This document shows positions 10,811 to 17,828 of a stretch of DNA of 17,828 bases, piece by piece. Both the position numbers and the translations under genes were made by a program. Under the pieces are notes generated by a model. The model had not been told where the DNA came from and made no database searches. It saw nothing but the letters and a program-made list of their open reading frames with translations. The first letter of the stretch is position 1. The number at the start of each line of letters is the position of its first letter. Origin of the DNA: Octopus sinensis (lineage: Eukaryota); assembly GCF_006345805.1 (NCBI RefSeq), contig NW_021824638.1, positions 1 to 17,828 of the forward strand, read 5' to 3'.

Positions 10811-10975
10811 ATATATATATATATATATAGTATGTATGTATGCGTTATTATTTATGTATGTATTTGACCATGTATCTATATATATATGTGTGTATGTATA
10901 TACACCATATAATATATATATATATGTACCCATATGTGTACATATATATATATTGTATATATATTATTATTAGTA
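10713..10975. repeat. (TA)n-rich tract
   Basis: Direct reading. Confidence 0.9.
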
Positions 10976-11068
10976 GTAGTAATGGTATAGTCCTGGTAGT
11001 TGACCGGTAAAGCACGTTCACTTTCATAGTGTTTGTTGGGTATTTGATTAATGAGCGAGATTGAGGAT

Positions 11069-11414
11069 GGAAGTTACGAGAATGTTTATTAATCACTACA
11101 ATTATTTTGACCAATCCAGTATCGATCCCTCACAGGTGAGATACTGAACAACTGGTTTAGGAGTATCCGTCGGTCTAGATGTGTCAAGATGATTACAAGA
11201 TGTATCTGATCAAAATAACGACTGTTCCGCAAGATTTTTTCTCGGTATGTGTATACAAAAGCAGATACAGCTTCATTATCATTCTATCACCCGAGGAGAC
11301 ACATCTACACCAACAGATACTCCTAAACCAATTGTTCAGTATCCCACTCGTGAAAGATCTGTACTAGATGGGTTGAACTAATTGTAGTGATCCATAAACA
11401 TTCTCTTAATTTCC
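11069..11414. mobile_element. Fold-back / MITE-like element with 117-bp inverted arms and 112-bp spacer
   Basis: 11069-11185 aligns to the reverse complement of 11298-11414 without gaps, 20 mismatches (~83%). No TSD identified. Confidence 0.7.
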
Positions 11415-11459
11415 GTCTTCCGTCTTTATCTCTCTCTCTCTTTCTCTCTTTCATATATG

Positions 11460-11512
<53 letters not shown>

Positions 11513-11579
11513 ATACATATAGTAAATCCCCAAAAGGTAGAACAAACACAAAATAAACACAACAACGCGAAGACGCAGT

Positions 11580-11706
11580 ACATGTAAAGTATTAGCAGAC
11601 TCTCAGGGAAGGAAAGAAGGTGGGTTTAATGTTTCGAGCAACGCTCTTCTTCAGAAACAGAGGAAAGTCCAATACAAGGGAAGACAGAGGAAGAAAATCG
11701 CCAACG
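11580..11706 (-). mobile_element. Hammerhead-bearing repeat, copy 2 (3'-truncated)
   Basis: Reverse complement cgttggcgattttcttcctctgtcttcccttgtattggactttcctctgtttctgaagaagagcgttgctcgaaacattaaaccc aligns with copy 1. Confidence 0.7.
11624..11658 (-). ncRNA. Minimal type-I hammerhead ribozyme motif with helix III mismatch
   Basis: GUUU-CUGAAGA-A-GAGC-GUU-GCUC-GAAA-CA-UU/AAAC on the minus strand. Confidence 0.65.
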
Positions 11707-11728
11707 ATATATATATATATATTATATC

Positions 11729-11759
<31 letters not shown>

Positions 11760-11920
11760 CACATACACATATATATACATATACATACATATAAATATAC
11801 ATACATAGCAATAATATATATATATGTATATAATATATATATATAATATATATATATATTATATATATATATATATATAATATATATATATATATATCAT
11901 ATCTATTTTTATATATATAT
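11707..11920. repeat. (TA)n-rich tract
   Basis: Direct reading. Confidence 0.9.
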
Positions 11921-12135
11921 GTGTGTTTCTATGTCTGTGTTTTGTCCTCCTAGCATTGCTTGACAACCGATGCTGGTGTGTTTACGTCCCCGTCACTTAG
12001 CGGTTCGGCAAAAGAGACCGATAGAATAAGTACTGGGCTTACAAAGAATAAGTCCCGGAGTCGATTTGCTCGACTAAAGGCAGTGCTCCAGCATGGCCGC
12101 AGTCCAATGACTGAAACAAGTAAAAGAATAAAAAA
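11921..12135 (+). mobile_element. Family-B SINE 3' half
   Basis: ctagcattgcttgacaaccgatgctgg...gctccagcatggccgcagtccaatgactgaaacaagtaaaaga is the reverse complement of most of 12678-12870. Confidence 0.92.
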
Positions 12136-12139
12136 GAAA

Positions 12140-12192
<53 letters not shown>

Positions 12193-12207
12193 ATATATAT
12201 ATAAATA

Positions 12208-12668
12208 TAGGTGCATTCCAGAAGATTTTAGGGATTCTAGATAACTGTGATTTTAGTATATCATTGCTATAGAGCTAATAAGCTGACCTGCCACCTGTGG
12301 TATTTCTGATTGAAAGAGACGGCTGTAACAGCATTTGAACTTACTTTACTAAACACTGGTGACTCATTCGCAGAATGCAGTCGGGACATTTGAAGTTCGT
12401 TATGCAATAAAGTTTTGCGTTAAACGATTTAAAGAACGTTGCAAAAACTGATGAGATGTTCCATGTTGTTTATGGATTAACTTTATCGAGGTCACAAGAG
12501 GTTCAAAAGCGGAAGAGATGACGTGAGAGACGACATTGAGGTGTTGGAAGGAGGAGGACGTCAGAACATCAGAAGCCGTAGAGACAAATCCGCAGTTTTC
12601 TGAAATGCGACCGTCGCGTGTTCATGAAGACAACAAGCGTACAGTTTAGAGATGGTGTGGCAGCTGTA
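12208..12668 (+). mobile_element. Mariner-family DNA transposon 5' remnant (transposase N-terminal HTH region), cut by a SINE
   Basis: With frameshifts: EVRYAIKFCVK (from 12392), TDEMFHVVYG, TLSRS, HKRFKSGRDDVRDD, IRSFLKCDRRV. The left end (TA plus taggtgcattcc at ~12208) is only a guess. Confidence 0.78.
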
Positions 12669-13080
12669 TACTCTCTCTTTACTCTTTTACTCTTTTACTT
12701 GTTTCAGTCATTTGACTGCGGCCATGCTGGAGCACCGCCTTCAATCGAGCAACTCGTCCCGGGACTTATTCTTTCTAAGCCCAGTACTTATTCTATCGGT
12801 CTCTTTTTGCCGAACCGCTAGGTGACGGGGACATAAACACACCAGCATCGGTTGTCAAGCAATGCTAGGGGGACAAACACAGACACACAAACATATATAT
12901 ATATATATACATATATACGACGGGCTTCTTTCAGTTTCCGTCTACCAAATCCACTCACAAGGCCTTGGTCGGCCCGAGGCTATAGTAGAAGACACTTGCC
13001 CAAGGTGCCACGCAGTGGGACTGAACCCGGAACCATGTGGTTGGTAAGCAAGCTACTTACCACACAGCCACTCCTGCGCC
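12669..13080 (-). mobile_element. tRNA-derived SINE, family B, full length
   Basis: Reverse complement starts ggcgcaggagtggctgtgtggtaag (A box tggctgtgtgg) and has ggttcagtcc (B box), accttgggcaagtg, an internal (TA)/(TG) tract and a (GTAAAAGA)n tail. Confidence 0.93.
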
Positions 13081-13294
13081 TATATGAAGAATTATTCACG
13101 AAGAAACTGCAAGAAATACAATTTGAACCAACGATTTTCATACATGCATACATACCGTTCATGCACACCAGCACACCAACTCAACTACATATTTACAAAC
13201 ACCAGGAAGTCCCTTGACACAAAAAGTCTCGTTGCTTTGTCAGCAATCGGCTTGAACTTTCTCAATAAGATCTTAGAATTAAGCTCAAAGAAAA

Positions 13295-13296
<2 letters not shown>

Positions 13297-13344
<48 letters not shown>

Positions 13345-13527
13345 TATATACATACATGCATATGTGTGTATCTATCTATATATAAATACATATATGTATA
13401 TTACGTATATATAAATACATATCTGTATATTACGTATATATATATATACATACATACATACACACACACATATATATGTATGTATTCATATGTGTATGTA
13501 TATGCGCGTGTGTATGTGTGTGTGTAG
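13297..13527. repeat. (CA)n/(TA)n/(TG)n microsatellite complex
   Basis: Direct reading. Confidence 0.9.
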
Positions 13528-13920
13528 ATGCCACCCATTTTAAGTACCTAGGTGTGAATCTTGCTCGGTACTTGACACACCTGCACGCTCAACTCAGAGA
13601 TAACGATACATACCCAACTCTAGTCCTCCCCTGATCCTTCGCCGCTTTTTTGTTAACGTTAAGCCGATCAGAGACAAATTACACCGCCCTATGTAAAAGT
13701 TGCAGGTGGTTGTGTTTGACAGGGTACCTGGCCTAAATACCCAATTATCGGCTGTTTGTGAGTTGGTCCTAACATGACCTTAACCGCGTTTCGAAATGCG
13801 TGAAAGTTTGAGCAGGCCAACCCTACGGAGAAAAGAGCAAACGGCTCCTGGCTGAATGGGAATTGCTCCAGCCTGGCTATAAAGGAGTTGGAGGTAGTAG
13901 TTAAAAAATTAATAAATAAG
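13527..13920 (+). mobile_element. Possible highly decayed LINE remnant
   Basis: DATHFKYLGVNL contains the RT-terminal FKYLG motif; another frame has PIRDKLHR. The rest cannot be aligned by eye. Confidence 0.3.
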
Positions 13921-13944
13921 GAATAAATGTGCACGTTGCAGTTG

Positions 13945-14150
13945 TTCTTTATTTTTTACTTGTTTCGGTCATTGATCTCCGGCCATGCTGGGGCACTACC
14001 TTGAAGGGTCAGACAATTCAACACTTGTACTGTTTTTCCAAATCTGCTACTTATTCTATCGATTCATTTTTGTTGAACTGCTAAGTTACAGGATGCAAGC
14101 ATATCAACACCGATTGTCAAGTGGTAATTTGACAAACACATTGATACACG
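13945..14150 (-). mobile_element. Old family-B-related SINE 3' half
   Basis: ttacttgtttcggtcattg..cggccatgctggggcact, tacttattctatcga and ctgctaagttac align loosely to 12685-12860. Confidence 0.75.
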
Positions 14151-14172
14151 TCCCCCCCCACACACATGCATG

Positions 14173-15611
14173 CAGGGTGTTCGGGATAAATTTGACAGTT
14201 CACTTAACGGAAAAAGGAAACACAATATCCTAGCCAAAAATAAGGCGCCGAGCTGGTAGAAACGTTAGCACGCCGGGCGAAATGCTTTGCGGTATTTCCT
14301 CTGCCGCTACGTTCTGAGTTCAACATTCCGCCGAGGTCGACTTTGCCTTTCATCCTTTCGGGGTCGATTAAATAAGTGCCAGTTACGCACTGGGGTCGAT
14401 ATAATCGACTCAATCCGTTTGTCTGTCCTTGTTTGTCTCCTCTATGTTTAGCCCCTTGTGAGTAGTAAAGAAATAGGTATTTCGTCCGTCTTTACATTCT
14501 TAGTTCAAATCCCGCCGAGGTCGACTTTGCCTTTCATCCTTTCGGGGTCGATTAAATAAGTACCACTTATGTACTAGGGTCGATGTAATCGACTTAAAAC
14601 GTTTGTCTGTCCCCTCTTTGTTTAGCCCCTTGTGGGTAGTAAAGAAATAGGTATTTCGTCTGTCTTTACGTTCCGAGTTCAAATTCCGCCGAGGTCGACT
14701 TAGTCTTTCATCTTTCGGAGTCGATAAATTAAGTACCATTTGCGTACTGGGGTCGATCTAATCGACTGGCACCCTCCCCCAAAATTCCAGACCTTGTGCC
14801 TTTAGTAGAAAAGAATATCCTAGCCAAAAATAAAATTATTAAAAAAGATAAAATGAACCAGTTTATTCAAAGTATCCACCCTCAGCTTCTATCACGGCCG
14901 CAAGACGGCTCTGGAACTTGTCGCATGCGTTCCTCACTGTGCCCTTTCGAAGATATTCAAGCACCTCTTTTTGACCATGGCCACCAACTCGGCCTTGGTG
15001 TTGCAGGCAGGGCGCTTGGTATCTTTCTCAACCGCACCCCACGCATAGTAATCCATAGCAATACAAACTGAGGAATGAGAGGGACAAGTGAAGTCGTAGA
15101 AATACTCCGACAACCACTTCTGATTTTTCCCGGAGGTATGACAAAGGGCCGAATCCTACTACCACACATATGGCCTTCCAGCAGCATCTTTCTTCAGCTA
15201 GGGTATGACCACAATCCCCAGAAACTTCACATGGTTGTCTGAAATTAACCTAAGACTTTTCAGAGATGTAGAGCGGAATGATGTAACCCTAACAAGAGAC
15301 AAGTACACAACGGCCATCACAGTTTGGAGAACCTTGGTTTCCACGATGTCCATGTCATGCCACACAACCATTACAGTGTTTACAAAGCATTGTGCAGCGG
15401 TCATGATGTCGGCATTTTGACATCCTGCGCGAATTACCATCACGCTGGTGTAATCCTTTCCGATATTCAAATGGCTTCCAGCCCTCAATGTCAGCTAGCT
15501 GTTTCTCAAATACAAACTTAAATCTATATACTCTACAACGCCGTTGACTGTTCATCAGTACATCAAGTTGTTCATTAAGAGAGACACAAAAATGCCAAAT
15601 TTAACACCCTC
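14173..15611 (-). mobile_element. Internally deleted Tc1/mariner element, DD37D (maT)-like, both TIRs present, carrying a nested SINE
   Basis: TIRs cagggtgttcgggataaatttgacag (14173) and, reverse-complemented, gagggtgt-taaatttggcat (15589-15611, 7-nt gap). Minus-strand transposase pieces: GRPYVW**DSALCHTSGKNQKWLSEYFYDFT, MDYYAWGAVEK, NTKAEL, VRNACDKFQSRLAAVIEAEGGYFE*. Confidence 0.85.
14244..14813 (+). mobile_element. tRNA-derived SINE, family A, trimeric form with 20-bp target-site duplication
   Basis: Head ggcgccgagctggtagaaacgttagc, then units at 14291-14475, 14476-14649 and 14650-14813. aatatcctagccaaaaataa occurs at 14224-14243 and 14814-14833. Confidence 0.93.
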
Positions 15612-15649
15612 CCTCCCTCCCTCCCTCTCTCTCTCTCTCTCTAGTAATG

Positions 15650-15822
15650 TAATTACACGCGTGCTGTTGGCGATTTCTTTTCCTTCTTTGGACTTTTACC
15701 TTTCTCCTTTCCGACGAAGAGTTATGCTCGAAACGTCAAAAACTCTCTTTTTAACGAGCATCAAATTAATACATTCCTTGTTCACGTCCTGTAACTGTTA
15801 TTTTTATGATTTGAATTGACTG
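15650..15822 (+). mobile_element. Hammerhead-bearing repeat, copy 3 (more diverged)
   Basis: acgcgtgctgttggcgatttc...ttggac...ccgacgaagagttatgctcgaaacgtcaaaa...cttgttcacgtcct aligns to copy 1; ends in (TA)n. Confidence 0.65.
15707..15741 (+). ncRNA. Degenerate hammerhead motif (core U4 to C)
   Basis: UUU-CCGACGA-A-GAGU-UAU-GCUC-GAAA-CG-UC/AAA. Confidence 0.5.
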
Positions 15823-15840
15823 TATATATATAATATATAT

Positions 15841-15892
<52 letters not shown>
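15823..15892. repeat. (TA)n microsatellite
   Basis: Direct reading. Confidence 0.95.
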
Positions 15893-15893
15893 T

Positions 15894-15975
15894 ACGACCG
15901 ATTTCTTTCAGTTTCCGCCAACCAGATCTTCTAACGAGGCTTTTGTTTAGCCTAGGACTCTAGCAGAAAACACTC
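15894..15975 (-). mobile_element. Diverged family-B SINE internal fragment
   Basis: tttctttcagtttccgcaaccagatc...aggcttttg...ctctagcagaaaacact aligns to 12925-13000. Confidence 0.6.
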
Positions 15976-16326
15976 GTATATATGTATATACGCATATATA
16001 TATGTATGGGTATATGTATAGACATACATGTATATATCCATATATATTTTTAGTCCAATCAGAGAATGTTTAAGTCTAAGTTTTAGTCGCTAATTATATA
16101 AACAGCGTGTTTCAAAGAAGGTTAAAATTAGGTTCTGTTTGGGGGAATTTTGGTGAAACATTTCCAGGAATCTCGTAGGATGGAAGACGAAGAAACTTCA
16201 AAAGTTCTGCAACATCGTATTAAATGTAAGATGCGGAGTTCTTTCCTGAAATTACATCTTTAAAGAATATTGTCTGAGATGATGGGTGAAGAGTTTGGTA
16301 TACAGGGGTGCCGGCAAAGAAATTGG

Positions 16327-17030
16327 AGGTGTGTGTGTGTGTGTCTATGTGTAAATGCGCATGGATGTGTGTGTATACGTGTAGATGAATGTGTGGATAT
16401 GAGTAGATGTGTATGTGTGCGTAGATACGTGTGTATAGGTGTGTAGATGTTTGTGTAGATATGAGTGGAGGTATGCGTGTATCTATGTGTATGTGTTTCT
16501 TGGATGTATATAGATGTGTATGTATGTCTATGTATGTGTATGTCTGCATGTGTTTTTGTGGATATAAGTGGAGATATGTGTGTTGTATGTGTGTATATAT
16601 GTGTGTGTGTTGTATGTGTGTATATGTGTGTGCTGTATGTGTATATATGTGTGTGTTGATATGTATGTAGCTGTGTGTGTTGTATGTATATATGTTTGTT
16701 GTATGTATGTATATGTGTATGTGTAGATATGTGGTGTATGTGTGTATATGTGCGTGTAGATGTGTGTTGTATGTGTGTATATGCCTGTGTAGATGTGTGT
16801 ATATGAGTGTGTAGATGTGTGTGTCGTGTGTGTGTATATGTGTGTGTAGATGTGAGTGTTGTATGTAAGTATATGTGTTGTAGATGTGTGTGTTGTATGT
16901 GTGTATAGTTGTGTGTGTCTATATGTTATGTGTGTGTAGATGTGTGTGTGTGTATATGTGTGTTTTGTATGAGGTGTGTAAAATGTACACATGGTGAGAG
17001 TGAGGATGTGTACGTTTTCAAGTGAGGGTG
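16327..17030. repeat. TG/TGTA/TAGATG low-complexity satellite
   Basis: Direct reading; source of the H/T/Y and C/V-rich ORFs. Confidence 0.92.
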
Positions 17031-17255
17031 GATGAATGTATACTTTTAGGCGCACGCACCTGGGTGTTTCCGGGCGCGCATGTATAGGTATGAACAGGCG
17101 CGCTTACGTGAATACTATGAACTTTTTTTTATCCCCTTACTTTTACTCCCTTCCCTCACTTAGCGGTCATTCAAATAGCTCTTTTGTCTTAATAACGGTC
17201 AATCACAGAGTAATTTCCCTTTGTATAACGGTAATTTTTCATAGCATTTTTCTGA

Positions 17256-17329
17256 TGGCCGGATAACTGAAGAGATGGCGGTGTGGATTTCTACCTCGGC
17301 ATCTGAAACTCGGAGTTTTATCATGGCTA
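17256..17329 (+). ncRNA. Type-I hammerhead ribozyme candidate with long helices I and II
   Basis: UGGCC-G-GAUAA / CUGAAGA / GAUG...CAUC / U / GAAA / CUC-G-GAG-U / U / UUAUC-AU-GGCUA. All three helices pair in the correct order; one extra U precedes GAAA. Confidence 0.65.
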
Positions 17330-17503
17330 CCGAATAATTGTCACATATTACATTTATAGATATTATATATTATATATTACAGAACAATACTTACATGCGA
17401 TTATTCATAGTGCTTCGAGATCCATTATTCTCCAAAAGAATTACATGTATATGCGTGCGCATCTTTGTGCCTATGTTTGTCTTGCACACCGTAATAAGTC
17501 CCA

Positions 17504-17695
17504 TGTTGATTTGTTTACTTAGTGGTTTGGGAAGCCAAACCGCTAAGTTAAGGGACGTAAACAAACCAACAAATCAACAGACCCAATAGTATAAGCAGCA
17601 TACTTTAAAATAAGTATTGCGGCCAAATTATTCGACTAAAATTCTTCACAGAAGTGCCCCAGCATGGTCACAGTCCAGTGACTGCAAGAAGAAAA
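17504..17695 (+). mobile_element. Old family-B-related SINE 3' half with an internal inverted duplication
   Basis: tgtttacttagtggtttgg...aataagtattgcggcc..ttcgactaaa..gtgccccagcatggtcacagtccagtgact aligns to 11975-12120. Confidence 0.7.
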
Positions 17696-17828
17696 AAAAG
17701 TAGATAACATATAAAGATACATCTGTAAAAGTTGAGATTCAGGAATTACAGAGTCGATTTAATAAGAATTCAGAAAATTCTGTCTGTAAGCGGAACTGCG
17801 GAAAAATTGGTATGAAAAGCCTTTCTGC

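Noticed and set aside
12448-12470. CTGATGA followed by a small stem (possible hammerhead core)
   Set aside because: No GAAA follows; the sequence is mariner coding sequence (TDEMFH).
13010-13080. tRNA-like A and B boxes (also 14244-14330)
   Set aside because: These are SINE heads continuing into SINE bodies; no complete cloverleaf was found, so they are not called tRNA genes.
14291-14813. Repeat-spacer-like periodicity suggestive of a CRISPR array
   Set aside because: Units are ~170-185-bp near-identical SINE segments with no unique spacers; the context is eukaryotic and no cas genes are present.
16168-16225. Candidate 58-nt exon (CAG...GTAAGA)
   Set aside because: Poor polypyrimidine tract, no recognisable peptide and no supporting neighbouring exons.
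16301-16325. TA-caggggtgccggcaaag, resembling a Tc1/mariner TIR start
   Set aside because: No matching second TIR or transposase sequence in the window.

Overview
Eukaryotic, AT-rich, extremely repeat-dense DNA with no intact protein-coding gene. The long ORFs in the track are microsatellite read-throughs or decayed transposon pieces. The repeat inventory resembles an octopus (coleoid cephalopod) intron or intergenic region; this assignment is inference from recalled repeat families. Contents: (1) many microsatellite and low-complexity tracts (AAT, TA, TACA, ATCC, GGT, TGTA); (2) decayed non-LTR retrotransposons, namely two RTE-clade pieces and four R4/Dong-like RLE-endonuclease pieces; (3) two tRNA-derived SINE families, one as a dimer and as a TSD-flanked trimer; (4) a mariner remnant and an internally deleted DD37D(maT)-like Tc1/mariner element with both TIRs; (5) a 346-bp fold-back element with 117-bp inverted arms; (6) a non-coding ~557-bp repeat that sits in (AAT)n. 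The most notable signal is four type-I hammerhead ribozyme motifs. Three belong to a short (~200 bp) (TA)n-associated Penelope/retrozyme-like repeat (10585, 11624, 15707). The fourth (17256-17329) is a distinct, longer-stemmed motif. All alignments and folds were done by hand.
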